A program made the position numbers and the translations under genes. Below, in pieces: positions 25,007-34,448 of a DNA stretch of 64,000 bases. The notes under the pieces were generated by a model. It saw only the letters and a program-made list of their open reading frames with translations, made no database searches and was not told where the DNA came from. The stretch is from a virus (lineage: Duplodnaviria; Caudoviricetes), in the IMG/VR virus record IMGVR_UViG_3300033074_000304, positions 2,540-66,539 of that record, one strand, 5' to 3'. The number at the start of each line of letters is the position of its first letter. The stretch's first letter is position 1.

Positions 25007-25358
25007 TCCTGTGTCGGCTGTGGCTCTGGCCGGGCACACAATGTCCCCTGAGAACGCCAAGGTGATGGCCAAGCACGTCTGGAAGAACAATGTTGACAGA
25101 AACTCGTCTATGGTAACGGCATTGGAGGAAGTTGGCGTATCACCTGTCACCATAGCCCAGAAGCTGAAGGACAAGATGGACGCCAAGACGCTGGTGCCAA
25201 TGGGCAAGGGTGAGATCGTTGAAGTAGACGACCACTCTGTCCAGCTCAAGGCAACCGATATGATGCTCAAAGTGGTGGGCGGCTATGCAGCTACCAAGAC
25301 AGCCCATGTGGAGCTGAAATTTGAAGAGATACTTATACATATCGACAACGAGTCATAG
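24930..25358 (+). CDS. Terminase small subunit (putative)
   Basis: Directly upstream of TerL; N-terminal HTH-like region, D..VQLKA.DM..KV.G.Y. Confidence 0.65.
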   Translation: MARTRKRDVIPPQEAVIVEALASGADPVSAVALAGHTMSPENAKVMAKHVWKNNVDRNSSMVTALEEVGVSPVTIAQKLKDKMDAKTLVPMGKGEIVEVDDHSVQLKATDMMLKVVGGYAATKTAHVELKFEEILIHIDNES

Positions 25359-25505
25359 CGCCTTGCCCCGGGCTCCTTGCTGAAGCGTGGTGGATTCAAG
25401 GTTCCGGGGTATGTTCCATTGCACGACGCCTTGATCCGGTTTAACACGTAGGGCTTGGGGCCTGCAGGCTTACTCCCCCCCCTGTTCAAGGCCCCTACAC
25501 TTTCA

Positions 25506-25520
25506 ACGTCGTGATGACGT
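25506..25520 (+). promoter_or_regulatory. Late-gene 5' hairpin ACGTC-GTGAT-GACGT adjoining the TerL SD
   Basis: Perfect 5-bp stem; an identical 15-mer precedes the capsid gene. Confidence 0.65.
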
Positions 25521-25526
25521 GGAGAT

Positions 25527-28367
25527 ATGATGACAGACGAACAGAAAGACAAGATCATTACGCTTGTAAAGCGCTGTAAGGCCGATTTCCTCTACTTTGC
25601 CAAGAACTTTCTCAAGGTTGAAGCCCGTGTAGGCGGCAAAATCATCCCCTTTGAGATGAACTCCCCCCAAAAAGTGCTGCATATCATAGTTGAGAGGCAC
25701 ATCAAGCCTCACCGGCCCGTCAGGATCGTAGCCCTTAAAGCTCGCCGGATGGGCTTTTCAACGTACTTCTCGGCCAGATTCTTCTGGAAATCTTCATTTA
25801 ACCGCAACAGGAAGGCCGCGCAGATCACCCACGAGCCGGAAGCCACGGATACCCTCTTCAAAATGGTCAAACGGATGTACGACCACCTGCCAAAATGGAT
25901 GCAACCGGAGCAAAAGTACAACAACAAGAGCCTGCTGGAGTTCAACAACAAGGATGGGACCGGTCTGAACAGTGGTTTCAGGGTCGCAACTGCCGGGAAA
26001 TCCGATTTCGGGTCAGGCCAATCCATACATTTCTTGCATCTTTCGGAAATGGCCAAGTGGCCGGTGGAAACGACCTCTTCGCTGATGACTTCAGTCGAGC
26101 AAACGGTCCCATTTGACGATCCAGAGGCTGAAGAGGTCATAGAATCCACCGCAAAGGGTATGGGAGGGGAGTTTTACAGCCGTTTTTATGGAGCCAAGTA
26201 CCGCATTTGGGTAAAAAAGCTCAAGGGCGGGAAGCCGGTCATCGACACTACCATAAACACGTCTGCACCAGACGATAACCTGTTCACTTCTGTGTTCCTG
26301 CCATGGTTTGTCTTTGAGGACTACGTCATGCCGGTGTCACCCGGCTTCAGCAAGACGCAGGAGGAGCGTGAAATAGCCGACAGATTCGGTCTTTCTGACG
26401 AGCAGGTCGTATGGAGACGCTTCGCTATAGCCAACCTGTGTAAGGGAGACATCGACAAGTTCAATCAGGAGTACCCGGATTGCATTGCTGCAGGCAGTAG
26501 GGTCGGGACATCTGCGGGTATCTTCAAAATCGAAGAGCTGGTGGATGCCAGCCACTGTCTGCTGTGCGCTGACCACGGGGTGGTGTCGAGAGTATGGCTC
26601 AAGGCCGAAAGGGAAGTGGTAAGGGTCACTACCTCCCTCGGCTACAGCCTCACATGCACACCAGATCACTGGGTAGCTGGTGCCGATGGGCATTTTGTCC
26701 AAGCCGGGGCGTCAGAAGGGTCAGAGATCGTGCTCCAACCACCAGTTTTTGCAGACTCAGAATATGTCCACAAATACCAATACCTCCCGTCGGCGGAAAT
26801 GTCGGTGCCAATAACTCCTGAGTTCGGCAGGTTTCTTGGGTATTTCGTGGGTGACGGCAGTTACTCAGGAAACACCATATCTATCGTATGCGAAGGGTCA
26901 GATGCGGATGTGATTGCTGACGTGGAGCAGCTGATAACAGCTCACTTCGGTAAGCCCGGCACCAGAGCGGTGGGCTCAAAAGGAGGCGGGGCCGAGGTCA
27001 GGTTGTCATGCGTGGCAGCGGGGGCCATGTTCAAGTCACTTGGACTGATCGAGACCAAGCCAGACCGGCTGATGCGTAAAGTATGCGTGCCAGAAGCTAT
27101 ATTCAGAAGCCCCAAGCCAGTCGTCAGGGAGTTCCTGCGGGGCCTTTTTGAGGCTGACGGGTTTGCCGGTTACCAGCAGGCCAGAATGGTGCTCTTCAGC
27201 AAACACTACGATTTCTTGCAAGATGTACAGCTACTACTGCTCGGATTTGGCATAACATCGAGGCTTACCACGTCTCAAAGGCGCAACAAAACCCATGAGT
27301 ACACGGCTAACGAACTGTGTCTGAGGGCAGCAGAATGCAGGATGTTTACTACTGAAGTGGGCTTTGTTTCAGCCCGCAAGCAGGGTAGACTGGTGGCTCA
27401 TTGCAACACAAACCCTAAATTCGCCAAGAGGAGCTACAAAGGCAAGAGCGTCACCAAAATCACCCTTTCCGACACCGTTACGAGTGTTATATCGGGAGGG
27501 GCGGCACACGTATACGATGCTACCATCCGTGGGTACAAACCTTGGTTCGGGGCCAACGGGATATTGGTTCATAATTGCCCGGAGGTGGCATTCCTCACGT
27601 CAGGACGCCCGGTGTTCGACAACGTAAAGGTATCTGCCCTCAAAGACGTGGCACCCAAGCCTATAGCCAGATACGAGTTTGAAGTGTACCCCGGTGGAGG
27701 CAGCGGCTTCGGCCCTACCCCGCAAGGCAGGTTCGCTGTCTGGGAAGAACCTGATCCCAACAAGGCGTACATTGTGGGTGCCGACGTGGCCGAGGGCCTG
27801 GAGAAAGGCGACTTTTCCTGCGCCTACGTAATCAACCATCAGACCGGGGAGATGGTGGCTGAGTGGCATGGCAAGATTGACGCGGATATGTTTGCAAGGG
27901 TTCTCTACGCCATTGGTATGCGCTACAACACTGCCTTTCTGGCCCCTGAGAGGAACAACCACGGTATGACGGTGCTGTCATGGCTGCAGAGCAACCTGAT
28001 GTACCCAAACAATAGAATATATGTGGAAATGGTACACGACCCACCAGCCAAGCCGTACAAGCGATACGGGTGGGTAACCAACCTGCGTACACGCTCCATC
28101 ATGATCGACAACCTGATCAGGGAGGCCAGAGAGGGTATCCACGGCATCAGGAGCGCCGACCTGCTGGATGAGATGCTGTCATTCAAGATTCAGAAGAATG
28201 GCAAGATGGAGGCGGACTCCGACATGCACGACGACCGGGTCATGGCGTATGCCATCGCCAAATACGTCAAACAGACCACCCCTTTACGCATAAAGACTCG
28301 CAACAAGTTATCCACAGCCCCGGCCTCTTCAAGACTCAAAGGCATAGGCTGGAAGGCATTTGTGTAG
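25527..28367 (+). CDS. terL: Terminase large subunit with intein
   Basis: LKARRMGFST (Walker A), HLSE (Walker B), IESTAKG, VGADVAEG, PERNNHG, HDDRVMA. Confidence 0.95.
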   Translation: MMTDEQKDKIITLVKRCKADFLYFAKNFLKVEARVGGKIIPFEMNSPQKVLHIIVERHIKPHRPVRIVALKARRMGFSTYFSARFFWKSSFNRNRKAAQITHEPEATDTLFKMVKRMYDHLPKWMQPEQKYNNKSLLEFNNKDGTGLNSGFRVATAGKSDFGSGQSIHFLHLSEMAKWPVETTSSLMTSVEQTVPFDDPEAEEVIESTAKGMGGEFYSRFYGAKYRIWVKKLKGGKPVIDTTINTSAPDDNLFTSVFLPWFVFEDYVMPVSPGFSKTQEEREIADRFGLSDEQVVWRRFAIANLCKGDIDKFNQEYPDCIAAGSRVGTSAGIFKIEELVDASHCLLCADHGVVSRVWLKAEREVVRVTTSLGYSLTCTPDHWVAGADGHFVQAGASEGSEIVLQPPVFADSEYVHKYQYLPSAEMSVPITPEFGRFLGYFVGDGSYSGNTISIVCEGSDADVIADVEQLITAHFGKPGTRAVGSKGGGAEVRLSCVAAGAMFKSLGLIETKPDRLMRKVCVPEAIFRSPKPVVREFLRGLFEADGFAGYQQARMVLFSKHYDFLQDVQLLLLGFGITSRLTTSQRRNKTHEYTANELCLRAAECRMFTTEVGFVSARKQGRLVAHCNTNPKFAKRSYKGKSVTKITLSDTVTSVISGGAAHVYDATIRGYKPWFGANGILVHNCPEVAFLTSGRPVFDNVKVSALKDVAPKPIARYEFEVYPGGGSGFGPTPQGRFAVWEEPDPNKAYIVGADVAEGLEKGDFSCAYVINHQTGEMVAEWHGKIDADMFARVLYAIGMRYNTAFLAPERNNHGMTVLSWLQSNLMYPNNRIYVEMVHDPPAKPYKRYGWVTNLRTRSIMIDNLIREAREGIHGIRSADLLDEMLSFKIQKNGKMEADSDMHDDRVMAYAIAKYVKQTTPLRIKTRNKLSTAPASSRLKGIGWKAFV
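26481..27575 (+). mobile_element. Intein with LAGLIDADG homing endonuclease (365 aa) in TerL
   Basis: Starts CIAAGSRV, block B TCTPDH, LGYFVGDGS and LRGLFEADG, ends ILVHN followed by Cys+1. Confidence 0.95.
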
Positions 28368-28394
28368 ATTATCAACACAGTTGTGTGTTTTTTG

Positions 28395-28424
28395 TTGACA
28401 CGTTGGTTGCCAAAATTCTATGAT
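28395..28424 (+). promoter_or_regulatory. Sigma70-type promoter upstream of portal with flanking operator-like dyads
   Basis: TTGACA-18 bp-TATGAT; CAACACAGTTG at 28373-28383 and CACGTTGGTTG at 28399-28409. Confidence 0.65.
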
Positions 28425-28455
28425 CGCTCCAACTTACTATGAACAGGTTGGTGAT

Positions 28456-30597
28456 ATGCAACTTGACGCCCCGCTTAATAAAGGAGTGACAGCCCTCGGT
28501 TTGGTGCCGTTCAAGCCTGCGTCGGTAATGGTTGCTGAGGAGCAGGCGGCTCAGCAGGCCGAGCTTGAGCGTGCGGCCCAACAGCGTGCGTCACTGACCA
28601 GTTCCCTTTCCAATTATATCGACAACTGCTGGTCGGATGCCAAAGAGGCCAAGATACCAGTCGAGGCCCAGATGCTGCGCAACATGCGCCAGCGGAGCGG
28701 TGAGTACGAGGCCGACAAGCGGCTGGCTATCACCCAGATGGGCGGCTCTGACGTGTACGTGTTGCTCACAGCGACCAAATGCAGAGCAGCTATCGCGTGG
28801 CTCAATGACTTGCTGAGGCCGGTTGGCGAGCGTCCTTGGGGCATCAAACCCACCCCTATTGCTTCAATACCCGGAGACCTGTTTGCAAGCCTTGAGGCTG
28901 AGTCCATGGCGGTTGCCGAGCAGGCCGTCTCAGAAGTCATGCAGATTGCCGGGTATGTCGACCCTGACATCCTGACTGGTGAAATCCAAGAGTACATGCA
29001 GAAGCGCCACGACGACCTGATGAAGGAAGTCCAAGAGGAAGCAGAAAAGGGCGCAGACCGCATGTCATTACTGATGGATGACCAGCTGCAGGAAGGTGGC
29101 TGGCACCGTGCGTTCTGGCAGGTAGTTGACGATCTTGTCACCAGCAAGGCAGGCATCCTGAAGGGCCCCGTCATCCGGCAGCGCAAAACACAGCAGTGGA
29201 CACAAGACGCCACCGGCAAGTGGATTATTGACGTTAAGCCAGCCTTTGTACCAGAGTTTTACCGCGTCTCACCGTTTGACCTCTACCCCTCCCCAGACTC
29301 CCGTGGTCCCAACGATGGTTACCTCATAGAGCGCCATCGTCTTACCCGTACTGAAATACAAGCCATGCTGGGCGTGCCCGGTTACTCAGACGACAGCATC
29401 CGCAAGGTCTTGTCCGAGTACGGCAGCGGTATGATCAACCTGTTGAGCGTAGACTCTGAGCGTGCTCCGATTGAGTTCGGCGGCAACCTGAACCCAGTGA
29501 AGCAAAAGGGTGAGAAGATCGAAGCTCTTGAGTTCTGGGGCTCTGTGCAGGGCAAGCTGCTGATTGACTGGGGTCTGAAAGACAACATTGACCCGGTGTT
29601 GGACTACGAAATCAACGCTTGGAAGATCGGAAACTACGTCATCAAGGCGGTCATTAACCCTGACAAGCTGGGGCGCAAGCCGTACAGCGTAGATTCATGG
29701 GAGCGGATACCGGGCTCGTTCTGGGGCCGTGGCGTTCCTGAGTTGATGGCTGACATCCAAGATGTTTGTAACAGCCTTGCAAGAGGCATTGTCAACAACG
29801 CCCAGATCGCGTCCGGACCTCAGACCGAAGTAAACACCGACCGTTGCGACGCCAGCGAAGACATCCATCCGTGGAAGATTTGGCAGGTTACCAATAGTCA
29901 GATGCAAGATGCTCCGGCTGTGCGGTTTACCACGCCACCCTGTATCGTTGAGCCGTTGTTGAGGGTGTTCGATCACTTTTCCACCCAGGCTGAAGATCAG
30001 ACCGGTATCCCGCGCTGGGCCTATGGCCGCTCAAGCTCTGCCGACGCAAGCTCTACCTCGTCCGGCCTGTCCATGCTGATGACATCTGCCAGCCGTGGAA
30101 TTAAAGAAGTGGTGTCTCATATCGACCAGATGACCGCTGACTGCATCGAGCGGTTGTACGACTACAATATGAACTTTAGCGAAGACGAGAGCGTCAAGCG
30201 TGATTGCCGTGTGATTGCCCGTGGCTCTTCGTCGATCCTGCAGCGCGAGCAGCGTCAGCAGCAGCTCACTCAGTTGCTGGCACAGACCAACAACCCGACC
30301 GACATGCAGATCATCGGGCTGGACGGCAGAGCCAAGCTTCTTTCGGAGTCCATCAAGGCTATGGATATTGACTCCTACGATGTTGTCCCAGAGAAGGACG
30401 AACTGAAGGAGTTGATCGCCAAGATTGAGGCCCAGAACGCACAGATGATGGCTATGGGCCAGAACCCCGGCCAAGGCAAAGGCGTGGCGTCTCAGGCAGC
30501 CCCGGACCCACTTGACCCAGCTGGACAAAAGATGGGCGGCGAGCAGGCCAATATGTTCAAGAGCATTCCTGAGCCTGAGATGCAGGAAGCTGCATGA
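28456..30597 (+). CDS. Portal protein
   Basis: Follows TerL; GILKGP, VSPFDLYPSP, GSFWGRGVPELMADIQ...N..ARGIVNN..IASGPQ, TGIPR; start reassigned to ATG 28456. Confidence 0.9.
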   Translation: MQLDAPLNKGVTALGLVPFKPASVMVAEEQAAQQAELERAAQQRASLTSSLSNYIDNCWSDAKEAKIPVEAQMLRNMRQRSGEYEADKRLAITQMGGSDVYVLLTATKCRAAIAWLNDLLRPVGERPWGIKPTPIASIPGDLFASLEAESMAVAEQAVSEVMQIAGYVDPDILTGEIQEYMQKRHDDLMKEVQEEAEKGADRMSLLMDDQLQEGGWHRAFWQVVDDLVTSKAGILKGPVIRQRKTQQWTQDATGKWIIDVKPAFVPEFYRVSPFDLYPSPDSRGPNDGYLIERHRLTRTEIQAMLGVPGYSDDSIRKVLSEYGSGMINLLSVDSERAPIEFGGNLNPVKQKGEKIEALEFWGSVQGKLLIDWGLKDNIDPVLDYEINAWKIGNYVIKAVINPDKLGRKPYSVDSWERIPGSFWGRGVPELMADIQDVCNSLARGIVNNAQIASGPQTEVNTDRCDASEDIHPWKIWQVTNSQMQDAPAVRFTTPPCIVEPLLRVFDHFSTQAEDQTGIPRWAYGRSSSADASSTSSGLSMLMTSASRGIKEVVSHIDQMTADCIERLYDYNMNFSEDESVKRDCRVIARGSSSILQREQRQQQLTQLLAQTNNPTDMQIIGLDGRAKLLSESIKAMDIDSYDVVPEKDELKELIAKIEAQNAQMMAMGQNPGQGKGVASQAAPDPLDPAGQKMGGEQANMFKSIPEPEMQEAA

Positions 30598-30854
30598 TTA
30601 CAGAGCTGAATGAGATGGAAACCGTTGGGCTGATTAAACAGCTCAGGGTTATGCAGGGCTCGCTCTTTGAAAAGCATCTGAAGTGCTTACAGAAAAAAAC
30701 TGATGAAGAATTGCGGCATATCACCGGTGACGGTGTTCTGAGGCATCAGGGGCGAGCACAGCTCCTAGAAGAGCTTCTGGAGAACATATCGTCAGCAAGG
30801 ACCGAGCTTGAGAAGCTTGAGAAGCCCAAGGTGGATATGAACAAAGCGTTTTAA
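30594..30854 (+). CDS. Hypothetical protein (Bbp19-like position after portal)
   Basis: RHQGRAQLLEELL motif; coupled to portal. Confidence 0.55.
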   Translation: MITELNEMETVGLIKQLRVMQGSLFEKHLKCLQKKTDEELRHITGDGVLRHQGRAQLLEELLENISSARTELEKLEKPKVDMNKAF

Positions 30855-30901
30855 CCCTAGCGAGCGCAGGGTATTCAAAGCCTAGCCGCAGAGCAGGCAC
30901 A

Positions 30902-30915
30902 CTGTCGTGAGACAG
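30902..30915 (+). promoter_or_regulatory. Late-gene 5' hairpin CTGTC-GTGA-GACAG before the scaffold SD
   Basis: Perfect 5-bp stem with GTGA (GNRA) loop. Confidence 0.6.
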
Positions 30916-30931
30916 AGAGAAAGGATGTACC

Positions 30932-31861
30932 ATGCCACACGCAATGTCCCCTATTGAACGAGCCGAACAGGAATTGAAAGCCATTGAGAGCCAGTTCACT
31001 GTCGCGCCCCAACAACCGGACCAGCAGGCACCACAGCAACAGCCGGAGTTCCAAGCACAACAGCAGCCGCAGCAAAGCCAGCCACCGGCTGAGCAGAAGA
31101 CTGATGACTACTATCAGCGCTGGAAAAGTCTGGATGGAATGCTAAAAAATAAGGACGAGCAGATTTCACAGCTCATGCAGAGCAACACCGAACTGATGCA
31201 AAAGTTTGAAACCTTGCTGCAAAAGCCAGCGGAGCCACAACAACCTGAATTGAAACTGGACGACTTCTCCAGCCAATACGGGGAGGACACCGTAGAAGCC
31301 ATCGCAAAGGTGGCAGCGTCCATGTTTGGTAGCAGGCTGACAGCCTTGGAGGAGCGGGTCAATGAGCTCGCCGGAGTCGCAGGTGCTGTCCATACGTTGG
31401 CAGCTGACCAGCGCACGGTTAAACAAGAGAATTTCAGGGCCGGGCTCAAGGCACAGGTATCAGACTTTGAGCAGATCATCGAGACACAGGAGTGGGATAC
31501 GTGGCTCCTGAACACCACCGATGAGATCAGCGGGTTGTCTTACAAGCAGCTGTTTGATGCAGCCAATGACGGCTGGAATATGGGCACCATGGTCGCTTTG
31601 TTCAACAGGTTCAAGGCAACCAAACCAGCGGCCCCCAGTCATCAGCACGATCCACGGGCAGGCCTTGTGGCACCCGGTGGAGGTAGTTCAGCGTCCGCAC
31701 CCACTTCGGGTGTAGACCCTAATGGGACGTGGACAGAATCAGAGATTATGCAGGCATACGAGAACCACCGTCGTGGCATGTATACGGCAGACCACTGGGC
31801 AAAGATTGATTCTGAAATCATGAAGGCTTATGCGGAAAACAGGGTGATCGTAGGACGATAA
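30932..31861 (+). CDS. Capsid scaffolding protein (putative)
   Basis: Q/P-rich N-terminus, YYQRWKSLDGM coiled coil, located between portal and capsid. Confidence 0.75.
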   Translation: MPHAMSPIERAEQELKAIESQFTVAPQQPDQQAPQQQPEFQAQQQPQQSQPPAEQKTDDYYQRWKSLDGMLKNKDEQISQLMQSNTELMQKFETLLQKPAEPQQPELKLDDFSSQYGEDTVEAIAKVAASMFGSRLTALEERVNELAGVAGAVHTLAADQRTVKQENFRAGLKAQVSDFEQIIETQEWDTWLLNTTDEISGLSYKQLFDAANDGWNMGTMVALFNRFKATKPAAPSHQHDPRAGLVAPGGGSSASAPTSGVDPNGTWTESEIMQAYENHRRGMYTADHWAKIDSEIMKAYAENRVIVGR

Positions 31862-31864
31862 GGA

Positions 31865-31913
31865 CTGTCGAGAGATAGACCGTTTAACTTACCCAAGAAC
31901 GTCGTGATGACGT
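31865..31913 (+). promoter_or_regulatory. Two late-gene hairpins before the capsid SD
   Basis: CTGTC-GAGA-GATAG (31865-31878) and ACGTC-GTGAT-GACGT (31899-31913). Confidence 0.65.
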
Positions 31914-31930
31914 AGAGAGGATTTAGCACC

Positions 31931-32977
31931 ATGGCAACTATTACTATTGCAGGCTCCAGCCAGCTTGGCCGCGCCGCTGGTTATCCCGATTTTAGCTCGG
32001 TTTCAGCGAGCTCAATGACCCCTTTGATTTATGCTCAGAAGACTTTAATTAAATTTTATCGCAAAACCTTCCTGAGCGAGATTTGCAACACCGAATATGA
32101 AGGCAGCATCAAGAGTCAAGGCGACAAGGTCATCATCCGTACCGTTCCGGATATCACCATCAACAACTACGAGATCGGGCAAGACCTGACCTATGAAACC
32201 CCCACCTCTGCCAGCATCATGCTGGAGATCGACAAGGCCAAGTATTATGCCTTCAAGATCGACAAGGTGGACGAACTGCAGAACGACATCAACCAGTTTG
32301 AGAAGTGGACTGCTGATGCCGCTGAGCAGCTGAAGATCAAGATTGAGACTGATTTTCTGGCTGACGTATTCAAGACCAACGTGGCCACCAACGTGTCCAG
32401 CTACAACCGTGGTGCCGCTTCTACCGGTGTAGCCGGTATGTCTGGCAACTACCTGTTGGGCGGCTCTAACGCCACCAAGGGTATGGCCATCGTAAACCGT
32501 GGTGCTGCCACCACTGCCCTGTCTGCTGTTGACCCTATCGACGCCATCATGGCCGCCGAATCGGTGCTCACCGAGCAGAACGTGCCGCAGGATAGCCAGC
32601 GCTGGATGGTCATCCCTACTTGGTTTGCCTACACCCTGCAAACTTCCGAGCTGCGCCGGGCAGACGGTCAGGGTTCACCGGCCAACCAAGATGTACTTGA
32701 GAACGGCAAGCTGGGCCGTCTGGGGCAGTTCACCCTGTACGTGTCCAACAACCTGCCGAATCATGCCACCTCCACCTCTGCAGCAACTTCCGCTGGGGCC
32801 TGTACCATCATCCCCTTCGGCCACAAGGTGGGTATGACCTTCGCAACTCAGCTGACCGATACCGAGATGATGCCTCACCCGCTGAACTTTGGACGGATTA
32901 TGCGCGGTCTGCAGGTCTATGGCTACAAGGCTGTCAAGCCCGAAGCTCTGGGCGTAATGCTCGCCGCACGGGCGTAG
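31931..32977 (+). CDS. Major capsid protein (HK97-fold)
   Basis: ICNTEYEGSIKSQGDKVIIRTVP, LEIDKAKY.AF.IDKVDELQ, RWMVIP, G.LG...F.LYVSNNLP, GLQVYGYK. Confidence 0.92.
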   Translation: MATITIAGSSQLGRAAGYPDFSSVSASSMTPLIYAQKTLIKFYRKTFLSEICNTEYEGSIKSQGDKVIIRTVPDITINNYEIGQDLTYETPTSASIMLEIDKAKYYAFKIDKVDELQNDINQFEKWTADAAEQLKIKIETDFLADVFKTNVATNVSSYNRGAASTGVAGMSGNYLLGGSNATKGMAIVNRGAATTALSAVDPIDAIMAAESVLTEQNVPQDSQRWMVIPTWFAYTLQTSELRRADGQGSPANQDVLENGKLGRLGQFTLYVSNNLPNHATSTSAATSAGACTIIPFGHKVGMTFATQLTDTEMMPHPLNFGRIMRGLQVYGYKAVKPEALGVMLAARA

Positions 32978-32985
32978 TAGATGAA

Positions 32986-33007
32986 AGAGGGGGCTCCGGC
33001 CCCCTCT
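32986..33007 (+). terminator. Stem-loop after the capsid gene (terminator or stabiliser)
   Basis: AGAGGGGGC-TCCG-GCCCCCTCT, weak U-tract. Confidence 0.6.
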
Positions 33008-33023
33008 AGTTTAAGGAGGCGTC

Positions 33024-33320
33024 ATGCCTAAGTATATTATGAGAATCAGCGACGGCGTTCTGTTCCCGTATGCAACCCATGCCCACTGGGAAACTGACCC
33101 CAAGTACAAGGTACATGTGGAAGGGGAAGTAGAGCAGGCCGCTGTTGCAGAAGCAGACGAAGCGGCAGAACGGCACAAAGCTATTCTGGCCGCAGTACAT
33201 GCAGTCCCGGTTGAAAGCTACGGCAAGAACGGGCGTCCTAACGTAGGCACCGTGTCTGAGCTGGCCGGGTTCAAGGTAACCGCTGAAGAGATACAAGCCG
33301 CTCTGGATCAAACCAAATAG
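33024..33320 (+). CDS. Hypothetical head-associated protein
   Basis: SD AAGGAGG; position after the capsid gene. Confidence 0.6.
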   Translation: MPKYIMRISDGVLFPYATHAHWETDPKYKVHVEGEVEQAAVAEADEAAERHKAILAAVHAVPVESYGKNGRPNVGTVSELAGFKVTAEEIQAALDQTK

Positions 33321-33335
33321 CCGAGGAGATAGCCA

Positions 33336-33752
33336 ATGGCAACTACTTATACTGATGTAGCTAACCAAGATGCGTTGGTCCGTACTTTTTGTTCGGCCAC
33401 CCCTTTTGTCGTAAAGAGCACCTTCACCCTGTCTTCGCTTGACAGCGTCCTGGTTAATGACGACGTGGTGAATCTGTTCACCCTTCCTGCCAATACGATG
33501 GTGACTGACGCCGTTCTGGAAGTAACCGGGGCAGGGACTTCTGCCACCACCGGCACTCAGACCGTCAAGCTGCGTGTGGGCACCACTGATATTACAGCAG
33601 CGCTTAATGGCAAGGCAACCGGCATTACCCACAGCACTGCCAAGTATGTCGGAGCTACAGACGCGACTGTAAACGTAATCGCTGCAGTGGCTACCGATGT
33701 CGTAACGCTGAACCCAACCATCCGCGTAACCCTGATTTGTGTCAACATCTAA
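33336..33752 (+). CDS. Putative capsid decoration/cement protein
   Basis: Beta-rich, DVVNLFTLPANTMV pattern. Confidence 0.6.
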   Translation: MATTYTDVANQDALVRTFCSATPFVVKSTFTLSSLDSVLVNDDVVNLFTLPANTMVTDAVLEVTGAGTSATTGTQTVKLRVGTTDITAALNGKATGITHSTAKYVGATDATVNVIAAVATDVVTLNPTIRVTLICVNI

Positions 33753-33794
33753 CCCGGTGGGGCCTTGTGCCCCGCCTTTCTTTCTGGAGTAGCC

Positions 33795-34439
33795 ATGACC
33801 GCTCAGGACATGATCACCGCGCTGAGATATCGACTCGACGACACCGTCGGGGCTGATGCCAACAAGATGTGGACCGACGGCGAGCTGTTGTCGTACATCG
33901 ACGAGGTGCAGACCGAAGTGGCCGAAGAGTGCCGTGTCCTGCATGTCACGTCTACGGTTGCGTGCGAGATCGGGGACTCTACCTTCGACGCTGGGGGGAT
34001 GACCCTTGAGGTGGAAGAGGCCGTGCTGATCGCGGGTACGCAGCGTGTCCCACTCGGCCAGTCTTCCATGCATGAGTTTGTAGCAGCAGGCGTGTGGCCG
34101 TCTCCTGAAGTCGGCACGCCTACGTCCATGGCTCCGTCTGACTCCAGCGGCGGATATGTTCTGGACAAGGAGCTGGACTTCGCGGCGTCTCTGTACCTGA
34201 TCACCACCTCTCTGCCAGACCCGATTATTGACGACACATCCGCCATAGGCATCCCGGCCAAGTACCACAGCAGGATGCTGAACGGCGTGCTCAAGCTCTG
34301 TTTCCTCAAGCCCGACAAGGAGACCTTCAGCCAGACCAAGGCTGACCTGTTCACCAAAATGTATGAGATGGACAAAGAGCATATCAAGCGCATTGAGAGC
34401 AAGGTTCGTCCGAAAGCCATCAAATACGTTGTTGGGTAG
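33795..34439 (+). CDS. Head-tail adaptor-like protein
   Basis: MTAQDMI..LRYRLDD...WTD.EL..YI.E; GIPAKYH. Confidence 0.65.
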   Translation: MTAQDMITALRYRLDDTVGADANKMWTDGELLSYIDEVQTEVAEECRVLHVTSTVACEIGDSTFDAGGMTLEVEEAVLIAGTQRVPLGQSSMHEFVAAGVWPSPEVGTPTSMAPSDSSGGYVLDKELDFAASLYLITTSLPDPIIDDTSAIGIPAKYHSRMLNGVLKLCFLKPDKETFSQTKADLFTKMYEMDKEHIKRIESKVRPKAIKYVVG

Positions 34440-34448
34440 GAGCTGACC

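Noticed and set aside
33006-34382. 458-aa minus-strand ORF and other long antisense ORFs in the late arm (e.g. 51596-52372, 7617-8330)
   Set aside because: Shadow frames of well-supported plus-strand genes; no SD or recognisable motifs
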